This document shows, in pieces, positions 1-10,602 of a stretch of 56,405 nucleotides of DNA. The stretch comes from Vitrella brassicaformis CCMP3155 (Eukaryota > Protista > Chromerida). The notes below the pieces were generated by a model. That model had not been told where the DNA came from. It did no database searches and saw only the letters and a list, made by a program, of their open reading frames with translations. Made by a program: the position numbers and the translations under genes. Location of the stretch: NCBI GenBank assembly GCA_001179505.1, contig CDMY01000535.1, positions 1 through 56,405 of the forward strand. The letters run 5' to 3'. Numbering within the stretch: position 1 is the stretch's first letter; every line of letters begins with the position of its first letter.

Positions 1-281
1 CCCTCCCTCCACCCCTTATCGACACGTGTCGGCCCCCCTCTTAAAACGCGGCTAGCGGTGGTGTGTTCTGTCTGGTCGTTCTTCGTGTGTGTATGTGTGT
101 GTGTGTGGTGGCTACAGTCGTGGGAATCGGCGGACAGACAGACAGACAGAGGTTGCAGATCAGTCGACGAGACGGCCATCTCATTCCACGGGCAGCCAGG
201 CGGCCAAACAGGCAGACAGCCATTTCGAGCAGCCAGCCACTCGAGTAGTGTTGTGTGTATTCTAAGTGAGGTGCGCTATCA

Positions 282-1152
282 TTAAATCTGCCAACCACCA
301 AACAGACAGACAGCAGGCAACACGCAACCAATCAACGTCGTTCAGGGACCACGAGTGCGTTATGAATGCGTACCGGCTTGCACTTGCCGTCCTTACAGAT
401 GCAGGAGTCGACCTCCCATGTCATAAATTGCCCGGGCCGCGGGGGCAATTTGTACTTGTATGAGCCGCAGTACGTCAGGCCTTTCACGCCCTCACAGTCG
501 TGGTCAAACTGGCTACAAGGAGAACCTTACCCACAACGAGCACGACAGACAGACACATCTATGCATCTGTATGTGTATTGCCCGCCCCCGCGCAGTGCTT
601 ACCCCCATCAGTGTTGCCCCTCTGCTTCTTGGTGATGGCCTTCATCTGCTGCTCGGCGGTGTGGATGGCGTCGAGGGCGCTCGTGGCCATCTCTTTGGCC
701 GCCCGGCTCATCTTGTTGGCCGCCACCATCATGGCCTTGGCCTGCTGCACCTGCCCCTGCACAAACGCCGCCGCCCCAGAGCCCTCCGACAACGCCCCTG
801 CACACACAGCACAGCACCACACACACGCGGGATGCACCCCACCCAGATCCAACCATCCATCGCATCTTCCCATGCATCCCGGCCGCACCTGTGTTGCCCG
901 CAGCCATGCCGGAGATTTCGCCGGTGCGGTCCACAAACGACCCCCCTGCACACAGCAGCAGGTAGGACAGCCACATATGAGCCAGGAGTGATGGGTGTGC
1001 CGTAGGTCTGCCTCCCTCTCGGAGCCAACCGTTAGGGACCTACCGTCGGCAGGGCAGTCGTATCCCTCCTCACAGTCGCCGCGCGTGGCCGTCGCCATGG
1101 CCACTGCCGATGTGGCCGCCAAAGCGATGAGGAGCAAAAACTTGGTAGCCAT
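282..1152 (-). CDS. Small secreted cysteine-rich protein, copy 1 (5 exons, ~180 aa)
   Basis: Phase-compatible splicing gives MATKFLLLIALAATSAVAMATATRGDCEEGYDCPAD|GGSFVDRTGEISGMAAGNT|GALSEGSGAAAFVQGQVQQAKAMMVAANKMSRAAKEMATSALDAIHTAEQQMKAITKKQRGNTDG|GSPCSQFDHDCEGVKGLTYCGSYKYKLPPRPGQFMTWEVDSCICKDGKCKP|I*. It has a hydrophobic signal peptide, and the same exon layout is present in the paralog at 1868-2761. Confidence 0.75.
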
Positions 1153-1867
1153 GCCCATCATCGCTGCCAACAAGCTCTCGGAGAGAGATCTATGGGGAGA
1201 CACGCCCCCGCCGCAAATTTCATCTGGAATCTCCCCCCTTCGGCGGCAACGGCCTTGCGAGGATCGGAAGATCACGGGGTCTTCGGCCCCTGCCGTACAT
1301 ATTCATCCCATCACGCTCTGAGACCCTCATCTGCCCTCGAAGCCGCGGCGAAGAAGCGCCGGTTTTTCCACCATCCCATCAGCTTTTCGCGTCAGCTCCC
1401 ACCTCTTCCACGACTCCCTGCCCCTTCCAGAGGTCTTCAGCGCTTCCCCCGCAGCCTCCCCCTCCTGGATCTATTGCTCCTGACAACGTTTTCCATCAAG
1501 CCGCATCACATGAGAGCCCCCTCAGAGCCTTTTGACTCAGCGCGGGGCGGCGGGGCGGCGGGGCGGCAGAGGCGGGCTTTGTTCTTCCTGCGCAATGGCC
1601 AGCCGCCACGAGTCTGCCCAGCAGCCGAAGGCCGGTTATTTGGCACCACGCTTCGTTGTCAGCAACTACTGTACCGTCCAAGGCGGGTGCTGGCGATGGC
1701 ATCGACGGACGGCCACGGGCACCAGACAGCAACGGCCAGCCGCAGAGCGGCTATCAACAGAGCGGCCATGAACAGAGCAGCCGCAAGAACTCCGCTTGTA
1801 TCGCGATGTGTCTTCCGGCCTGCAGCCGCGTTCGAAGCTACACAAAACGCATCCAAAGACGGAGGGG

Positions 1868-2761
1868 ATGGCTACAAAGTTTTTGCTCCTCATCGCTTTG
1901 GCGACCATATCGGCAGTGGCAATGGCGACGGCCACGCGCGGCGACTGTGAGGAGGGATACGACTGCCCTGCCGACGGTAGGTAATGGTTGGCTCTGAGAG
2001 GGAGGTAGATCTACGGCACACCCATCACTCCTGGCTCATATGTGGCTGTCCTACCTGCTGCTGTGTGCAGGTGGGTCGTTTGTGGACCGCACAGGCGAGA
2101 TCTCCGGCATGGCTGCGGGCAACACAGGTGCGGCCGGGATGCAATGGATGGGCGGATGCGATGGATGGGTGGATCTGTGGTGCATACCCGCGTGTGTGTG
2201 TGGTGCTGTGCTGTGTGTGCAGGTGCGTTGTCGGAGGCCTCCGGGTGGCATTTGTGCAGCAGCAGGTGCAGCAGGCCAAGACCATGATCGTGGCGGCCAA
2301 CAAGATGAGCCAGGCGGCCCACAAGATGGCCACGAGCGCCCTCGACGCCATCCATACCGCCGAGCAGCAGATGCAGCCATTCTTGGGTGAAACGATAGGT
2401 GAAACACTAGGTGATAAGCAATGCGCGGGGGCGGGCAATACACATACAGATACACACATGTGTCTGTCTGTATGTCTGTCGTGCGCGGTGTGGGTAAGGT
2501 GGTCCTTGTAGCCAGTTTAACCACACGTGTGATGTCCTGAAAGACGGAACGAGGTGCGGCTCATACATTCGGCTCGAGCCCCGCGGGCGCAACACTCATG
2601 TCAAGTGCTACTGCAAGAACGCGAGTGCCAGGTACGCACGCCACACACTCTAACACACACATTACATTCACAACGCACCCGTCGTCTCTGACTCTCTGCA
2701 CGACATTGATTGGCTGCGTGTTGCCTGCTGTCTTTTTGTGGTGGTTAGGGATGACCGTTGA
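1868..2761 (+). CDS. Small secreted cysteine-rich protein, copy 2 (possibly frameshifted or pseudogenic)
   Basis: MATKFLLLIALATISAVAMATATRGDCEEGYDCPAD|GGSFVDRTGEISGMAAGNT|...AFVQQQVQQAKTMIVAANKMSQAAHKMATSALDAIHTAEQQM...|GGPCSQFNHTCDVLKDGTRCGSYIRLEPRGRNTHVKCYCKN... The introns are homologous to copy 1. Relative to copy 1 there are apparent -1 frameshifts near 2243-2247 and 2621-2623. Confidence 0.65.
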
Positions 2762-3739
2762 GAAACACTTCCAAGCCAGCGGTGGACCGATAGCGCACCC
2801 ACACCGGCTGTAACTGGCTGGCTGGCATGGATATGGACGATTGATATGTCGGGCCGTCACATAGCCATGCAGTGTGTGGGTGGTGTGTGTGGAATGTGTG
2901 CTGCTGCTGCTGCTGTGGTGTGTGGTTTGTGTGGCTCCATGGCCATGGTTGATGCAATGGACCCATTGCATCCAACCACGCAACGTGATTGCGGACGTGG
3001 CGTATGTGCTCTGGTGCAGTACGTACCATGGACGACGGACATGGATAGACACACACAGACCATAAATACCGCACACGCCAGGTGTTTCAGTCAGCAGGCC
3101 GTCACTGTTACACTCATCTGCAACAAAAGGAAGCCCTCTCGTGTGTGTGCGTGTCCATCTCACTCACCGACACACACGGGGGCTGCTCGTGTTCTATCGT
3201 TTTCCGTGAACCGACACCTCTCTCTCTCTCTCTCTGTCTCTGCAAAGGAAAACAGCAGAGAGACACCCAAGCGTCCACTCATCCACCGATTCCAACGAAC
3301 TTGCAGATCTAGAGACGTGTGGGTGTCTGTCTGTCTGTCTATGTGCTTGTCATCGGCATCGCCACGCCGCCACCGCCATCTGACACACACAATTGTTGCA
3401 TTTATTCGTCCATCAACGAATTCACACGGATGCGCCGGCCGATGACATAGATGGCTCAGCCAGTCGATTGGTGCATGGAGGTTGCTGCTAGCTATCCATT
3501 TTGCGAGCCTCCATTCTTCCCATCCGGGTCGGAAATTGCCGACGAATACCTCCGGCTTCACCGACGGCACGCAGCATAAAGGCACAACAGATTGTCCCTC
3601 TGTCTGTCTGTCTGTCTGTCTGTCCATTCGAATTCTGCTATCCGCGTCTCTCATTCAGTCACGCATACGCCACCTGTCACCATCGCTTCCCCCACTCGCG
3701 TCTCTCACTCAGTCATCCCCCACTGCCCGTCAGTCGCCG

Positions 3740-5765
3740 TCACTCCTTTCGCACTTTCTTCCTTTGCCCGTCGCTACGATCGTCCCTCTTCCTCTTCATA
3801 GCCGTCGGACGGTCCCGGCCACCACCACCACCAGCACGGCCCGTGTCCTCGAAGGGCGGCGACGCGCTGTGGGCCGGAATGAGCGGTGGCGGCATGAGCG
3901 GTGGGAAGTTGACTGGCGAAGGCATCTCGAGAGGCAGGAATGGCGCAGGGGGCACATATGGCTCAGCAACAGCAGCAGCTGCTGCGGCCGCTGCCGCTGC
4001 GGGGGGCGAAGGCTTCTTCTGGCTGCACAGCACAAGACAGAATGAGACGAGAATCGACCAGTAGGCACTCGTCCATGAGTCGATGTGTCTCCTCTACCTG
4101 CCGTACTTCGGTGGCTCCTCGTACTCGTTCTTGTCCTCCTGTTTGGCAAAATACATCGACTCGCCGTCGAATACCCACTTGCGCGGGGGGCTGTCCGCCG
4201 GCTGGGCCACCGCAGCGGCCGCACAGGGAAAAGGTGAGCTCTTCTCCCCCCTAGATACACACAAATGGAGACAAGAGAAAAAATGGGAATACTTGCATTA
4301 AGTGATGTCTGTCTGCTGTGGGTGGGTCTCACCTTTTGCCGCACATGTCTTCGTCTCCCACTGAATACTCCTCTGGACATCCCTTCCCCTTCAGCGCCGT
4401 CGGACGAGGCGGCGACACGGATCGCTCTCGGCCGCCAGCAGCACGGCCCCTGTCCCCGAATAGCGGCGACGCGCGCTGGGCCTGGGCGGGAATGAGTGGC
4501 GGGGGCATGGGGGGTGGGAACATGAACGGCGGGGGGATCTCGGGAGGCAGGAATGGCGCAGGGGGCACATATGGCGCAGCAGCTGCTGCTGCGGCCGCGG
4601 CAGGGCCACCACCGTTGGTCTCCTCGGCCTCAGACTCATTGCCCAGTGCCACGGCCATCTCATGGTCCTCCTCGAGCTGATCCTGTCGTCGGACTTCCAT
4701 GATAGCGTCAAGGAGCTGCCTGCCGTCCTCCCGTCGCTGGCTGCACGCAGGTCCGCGGGGAGCGGGGGCGAACAATCCAGGCGATGGCGGCGGCCGCAGA
4801 TCGATCATCGGCGACAGACCTGATGAACAGAGCAAGGGAGGGACACACACATGCAATAGATACCACGAGTCAGACAGACAGACAGATGGCATGAATTTGT
4901 CTATCTATCTCTTTGCGCCTTTCGTCTGATCTGTCGGGGCGTGCTGACCTTCCTTGTTGCGATTGGGTGTGTGTATGTCGGGGACGGCAGCGGCAGCGGC
5001 AGCACACGGGGAATGCCTGCATGAGCCATGAGGGGGAGAGACAATTTATCCAAAATACACGTGTGTCTCACGCCTCAAAAAGTCCCTTTGCATACTTTGG
5101 GCGCTTGATCGACTCCATACGGTCGTCCATCTTCTGCTCCTTGGCCAGGCATACCGCCTCACGATACCCTCCCACCAACCCCCCCAGCATGACGTATCCA
5201 CTCCCCCCATTCGACTCATCTCCCCGAGACCCACTCACACCGTCGGCGCACTTCGTGCCTTGGCCGAGGTGTGGGGGCTGGATGCAGCCCGCTGCTGCCG
5301 CTGCGGCCGGCTGCCTCTGTCGGCGGGCAGTGACCAGCCGATTCATCTTCTTCTGCAACGGCTCTTCGTCCCCCTTGTCCCCCACCTCGCCCTTGGATCC
5401 CTTCCCACCCACGGCACGCCGGCTGTCCGGTTTCTGTCTTTGAGCAGCAGCGGCGGCGGCTGATGTTGCGCGAGAGGTCTTCTTGTGCGCCTTGGCGGCC
5501 GTGCCATGTCTTTGCTGTGGCCTGGGGTCTTCAGGCCCAGCTGGATGGGCAGAGGTCAAGTCAGCCCCGTTCTGGGACTGTTTGGCAGCAGCAGCAGCCT
5601 GATTGATTCGAATCACAGGCAGGGAGCAAGGACACACATCCCATGAGGGGGCCATGCAGCTTTCATGCATCGGCGTCTCGGCGAGGCCGAAACGCCCATA
5701 TTTGCCCGAATGTAGTGGTCATTCCCTCTCCTTACCTGTGAGCGTGTCACCATCGGGTGCACCAT
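3740..5765 (-). CDS. Hypothetical low-complexity Pro/Ala-rich protein with an internal duplication and a basic C-terminal NLS-like tail
   Basis: Spliced model MVHPMVTRSQ|AAAAAKQSQ...KYAKGLFEA|HSPCAAAAAVPDIHTPNRNKE|GLSPMIDLRPP...DMCGKR|GEKSSPFPC...EEPPKYGS|QKKPSPP...MKRKRDDRSDGQRKKVRKE*. The junctions I checked are phase-compatible. No recognised domain. Confidence 0.65.
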
Positions 5766-6499
5766 CCCGGCAGACGACTGGCGATATGACTTCAAAGACT
5801 CCTGCCGTGAGCAACAGCAACAACACAACTCGAAAGGCAGTTGTACAACTGAGCAGACTCCGAGACGCCTCGGAACAGACGGGCCAGCTCCACTGGCAAG
5901 CGGACGACAAGAAGGCAAGAAAATGACGGAAGACAAACGTGAGACGCCCCAGACGCCCAAAACCACTAGCCCCCAATGCGAGCTTGAAAAGGGGGCTGTT
6001 TTGGCCAAGTTGGTTTCGGCTCTGGAGAGCATTTTTGAGTCCATTTGCCGCCGTGTACGCGTTGAGCCGTCCAACACTGGAGGCTTCGGTGTCGACCATT
6101 TGCCATGCACATGCCCCTCCCCCTCCCACTTCCCCTATGTCGCCCCTTTGCGGCAGAAGCGCCGCAAACAACATCCATACCGTGCAATGCAAGCAGCTGC
6201 CCGAAACGGACTATGCTATCCACAGGTCGTGCTGTTCCTTCAAGCTACACATCCCCCTCTTACCTGCCAGCCTCTAGCTCTTCATGCGACGAAACGCAAT
6301 TGGTGCTTGTCGTGTCTCATGTGCGTTGGTTGACTTGTTACTTGTTGCACACACACATCACCTCCATCCATGGGTTGTATGTACGGCTTATATGCGCACA
6401 TGGCAGAGCTGAGTCTAGCACACATAGACACTCATGCATGAAGCCGCCGTGTCTCCTTCTGTGTGCGTGTACGTTCCACCCTCTCTTAACCCGTGAACA

Positions 6500-7694
6500 T
6501 CATTTCGGTGGCGCGAGAGACGACACACACGATGCATGCCTCAGCTTTTGCAGCAAGACGTCAATGTCCTCCAGGGACATCTTCTTGGACTCAATCTCTG
6601 CACGACTCGACCCACACACACAGCACACAGAGAGACACATACACGCACACGAAATCCGCCTGCGGTCGTGTCTCGTTGTCACACCTCTTATCGCTTCGTC
6701 GACGGCTGCTCGATCCCCCACTGTGTCAGCAGGGAGAGAGCAACACAGCGGAATGGGCACCGCAAAAGATGCCGTACTCCCGTCTTCGTCCCCCCGGCCA
6801 GCCCGACCATGATATGCAAGTATCAGCTCCATCAAGCATCCCTCAGGGATCATGCCTTCCTCCTCGTCCTCCCCCCCTGCATGGTGCAGCAGAAAGAGGC
6901 CTGGGTCATTGACGGTCTGCTGGCGCCATTCGGGCAGGGCCGCCAAGACCATCCAGCTCGTGCAATCGCCGATCTCGCGCAACTGCATACGAAAGGAGGA
7001 GGAGACACATGGATGTACGCAGCAGCTCGTCCGCTTCTGGTGCTGACTTTCCCACCTGCTGCTTGACGTCATCCAGCCTTTGGAGCCTGAAAGGGTTGTC
7101 AGTGAGGACCGTGGCAAAGAACCTCCCCCACCCGCCTTCATCCGCCTCCTGCGACAGCCCCTCAGCCCTCTCAGTGACACCAAATTCTCCCTTGCAATGG
7201 CGAGACCCCGCCGCAGGCACATCACTCGGCCTCAGGAGCGAGGCCCCAGTGAAATTTGGAGGCTCCTCAGCTGCTGCTGCCGTGTGGTTGTCGTGACTGC
7301 CACTAGAGTCAGAGCGACTTATCGAGCGACTGACAGCCTGAGGGAAGGGCGAATTGGGAGGTGGCGGCAGCAGTGGGGGGCGCCTCAGCGAAGCTCGGTG
7401 GGTCTTCAGCCTGCATACACAGCCACGACACATGCCCAAAGATTGGCTCGCTTTGATCATCACAGCATACCAGATGAGGCAGAGGGGCCACCAGTCCAGA
7501 ACCGACAGGTAGGGCGCTGGAGGGGGGGGCGGCCGACGTCTTCGCTTGTCGCGCGGAGCTGGGCCAGCTGCCGAGACCGCAACGGAATTCATCGCCACTC
7601 GGGGAATGTGGGAATCGGGAGGGCGAAGACGGCGAGCTTGGTTGGGGGCCCCCAAGCGATCCTCCGATCTTCTTCGAGCACGTTCGAAGTTCAT
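6500..7694 (-). CDS. Hypothetical protein (multi-exon; C-terminus uncertain)
   Basis: MNFERARRRSEDRL...WWPLCLIW|LKTHRASL...DNPFRLQRLDDVKQQ|LREIGDCTSWMVLAALPEWRQQ...|GDRAAVDEAIR|EIESKKMSLEDIDVLLQKL, joined through GT-AG introns with the typical microsatellite content. Confidence 0.55.
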
Positions 7695-7883
7695 AGCGAA
7701 GGAGAATGTCAGCCGCCGACATAGAAAAAAGCACACGTGCAGCCACACAGGAACATCCCGCAAAAGTGCAATGCGCAAGCCCCACAATCATGGGGGGGAA
7801 ACTGTCATTAACCGTAACACTCGTCTGTGTGTCCGTGATACTCATACAAATACAGTCCCATCAGCACGCAGACTCAAACAGGC

Positions 7884-8745
7884 TCAAGGGGAGGAGGGAT
7901 CAATCCCCGCCCCATCAGCACACCCCAGTCCCGCAAACCCTCCCCTCCCTCCCCCACGCAGACAGAAGCTAGTCGCACGCGCGAGGGCGATAGACAAGCG
8001 AGAGCGAATCCATCCAGACACATGACTGAACCCCCGACCCTTCCACCCCTCCTTCTCCAACAGCGCATGAGCCATGTGGGCGATGAACACGTTGGCATCG
8101 TGTCCCCACACACCGTCACACGTCACCACCAGAGGGCAGAAGGTCACGCGGGAGTCGCAGACGGCCGAGCGGTATTTCTTCTTCTTGGCGGTCTCGTGCT
8201 GCTNNNNNNNNNNNNNNNNNNNNNNNNNNNNNNNNNNNNNNNNNNNNNNNNNNNNNNNNNNNNNNNNNNNNNNNNNNNNNNNNNNNNNNNNNNNNNNNNN
8301 NNNNNNNNNNNNNNNNNNNNNNNNNNNNNNNNNNNNNNNNNNNNNNNNNNNNNNNNNNNNNNNNNNNNNNNNNNNNNNNNNNNNNNNNNNNNNNNNNNNN
8401 NNNNNNNNNNNNNNNNNNNNNNNNNNNNNNNNNNNNNNNNNNNNNNNNNNNNNNNNNNNNNNNNNNNNNNNNNNNNNNNNNNNNNNNNNNNNNNNNNNNN
8501 NNNCCCCGAGCGACGATGTCCGCCCTGACCCCACCCTCCCCCTCCTCTCCCTCCTTCAACACCACCTCCCGACGCACACCAGCGTCCCCCCACGCCATCC
8601 CAATCAGCTCGGCAAAAGTGTCCCGCAGCTCGTCGTGGCGACGAATCACCAGGCCGTACCGCTTGCAGCACAGCGCATGGTCGACATCATTCCCGCACCA
8701 CTGCTATGTACTGCACACACGCGGCGGCATGCACAGCTCGTCAGC
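7884..8745 (-). mobile_element. 5'-truncated non-LTR retrotransposon fragment, CRE-clade-like (Zn knuckle plus restriction-like endonuclease domain)
   Basis: Translation reads MPPRVCST*QWCGNDVDHALCCKRYGLVIRRHDELRD...RADIVAR [gap] HETAKKKKY...FCPLVVTCDGVWGHDA...WIRSRLSIALARATSFCLRG...ADGAGI. These match the CCHC, RH-D, R-x-D, E-x-x-K-x-x-K-Y and RLS-AL-R motifs of RLE-type retroelements. There is no RT domain, and one in-frame TAG. Confidence 0.85.
8204..8503. other. Assembly gap (300 N)
   Basis: A run of exactly 300 N inside the retroelement fragment. Confidence 1.
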
Positions 8746-8772
8746 CCCTGGCCTTTGTTGGAGCCACGTTGA

Positions 8773-10219
8773 TCACTTGCGTCCTCCCCGTCTGTCCGCC
8801 GGTCCAGCCATCCTGACGCCGTGCTTCCTGGCCTGCTTGACGAACTTGCGCAGCTGGTGGCACTTGCCCATCAACAGGTCGAGCTTGCGCATCAGCTGCT
8901 CTTCTGACAGCTGCCACACGTAGTCTGACAGGGTGTCACCATCTAACTCGTGCTGACAGGGACACACAGACACAGAACAGGGAGAGGGAAGGCCGATGGG
9001 CATGGGAGAGAGAGAGAGAGAGAGGAAGAGTTGTTGCGTGTTGGTGTGTAAAGCAATGTGTGCACCTCACCTCCTTTATGATGTCGGTCAGCTCCACGAG
9101 GGCCTTGCGGTCGCTCTGCCCCAACGCCTTGACTAATTCTTCGCTCGTCATGCCCTCCAGCGACCTGCTGTCTGAGCACGACAACACACACATGATGGAT
9201 GCACAAAGTGGGTGGTCTTGGCGTGCTGTCACACCTTTGTTCGCGGCCCCCTCCCTGTCGCTCACGGCGCCATCGTCGCTCCGGTCGTCGTCATCCCGAG
9301 TCCGTTTGCGACCCCTCCTCGGCACCAGCAACGAACCGTCTACCTGATCAAAGTCGGTCGGTGACAAACAGACAGACAGAACGGGATGTGAGGCGACCAA
9401 TAAATGCAACCCCCCAAGTGTCACGCACTCACCCCCTGGTCCCGCGCGTGTTCGACGAATAGCTCCAACTCAAATCCCTTGCCCATAGAAATATCTAGCA
9501 GCGTCTAAAAGCAGCCAGCCAGCCAACACATGAAATGAATGCCGGATGCCAAGCAGATGGGCACTGTTCGCACAGCATAGCATACCCACCCGCAGGTCCT
9601 CCCGCGAGTGCCGGTCCATCAGCTCACTCAACACCTTCCCACTCAGCTCATGCTGCACACATACAACAGCAATCGATTGGCCATGCGCCACTCCCTTGTC
9701 CTCCCTGCCTCTTCGCACCTTCTCAACGATAGTAGCCAGGCCGCGAAGCTCTTTCGACTCGCTCTGCTCGAGTGCGAGAGCCAGCTGTCGAGAGCTCAGC
9801 GCCTCCAGCGGCTTATTCTCAACTCCTCCCTCCTGCCCCTGCGATGACGAGTTGGCTCCTCTATTGGCCATGGGAACCTCAGCAGCAGCGGGTGCAGCCG
9901 CAGGCGGTGAGCCGGGTGACTTCGGTGGTGAGTCGAGAAGAACCTCCTCACGCCGCTCACGAAGTCTCGGACTGCTGCGCTGCCGAGCGACTGGCTTCGG
10001 TTTGGCTGCGGCGGCCTTGGCTGTCGCCTTCGCCTTCGCCTTGGCTGCTGGTTGCGGTAGCGCTGCTGGTGGCGGTGGCGGCGGTAATGCTGGTGGGTTG
10101 CGGGCGGCGGCTTTGGCTTTCGCTTTGGCTGCCGGTGGTGGTGCCACAGAAGGTGGTGCAGGCAGTGCGGGAGCCTCAGGGTGCTTGGGATATCGTTTGA
10201 GGCGCTGCTTAGGCGCCAT
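8773..10219 (-). CDS. Protein with a Pro/Ala/Lys-rich N-terminus and two tandem SAM-like helical repeats
   Basis: Repeat 1 is KPLEALSSRQLALALEQSESKELRGLATIVEK|HELSGKVLSELMDRHSREDLR|TLLDISMGKGFELELFVEHARDQG. Repeat 2 is RSLEGMTSEELVKALGQSDRKALVELTDIIKE|HELDGDTLSDYVWQLSEEQLMRKLDLLMGKCHQLRKFVKQARKHG. The HELxG-x-L...S-EDL pattern resembles the SAM motif eIdG-LL-Lt-edL. Confidence 0.65.
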
Positions 10220-10602
10220 AGAAGGCCTGGTGGCGCCAGAAACTCATGGGAATGCCACCATCACGCCATCATCGCTCGCAGTGGCAAGCCGCTCAAAATT
10301 GGAGCCGCTCGCAGTTGCGTTTCGCGAATGGGTTGAATCCATGCTTCACCCGCGTTGCTAGACACACATATACATTAGACACCCCGCGTACGCACACCGC
10401 CAGCCCTCACGCACACAATTCGCATGCAAAATTTGCACACACAAAATGGCATCGATTGCACCGAACGTACCGAAGCAAGTGCTAGTCACTATCTACACAC
10501 ACACACACACACAGACAGATCCCTTCTCTTCTCTTCTTTCTCTCTCTCTCTATCTCTCTCTCTCTCGCACCCCTCATGCGCAACTCTCGCTCTCCCTCCC
10601 TC

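Larger units (their letters stand above)
282..2761. repeat. Inverted gene duplication (arms ~282-1152 and ~1868-2761, ~715 bp spacer)
   Basis: Exons and introns of the two arms align as reverse complements. Intron 1 is nearly identical between them (e.g. ctacggcacacccatcactcctggctcatatgtggctgtcctacctgctgctgtgtgcag). Confidence 0.95.

Noticed and set aside
5735-5765. HPMVTRS motif reminiscent of Copia polyproteins
   Set aside because: No gag, integrase, RT or LTR sequence nearby. It is the first exon of an intron-rich host gene.
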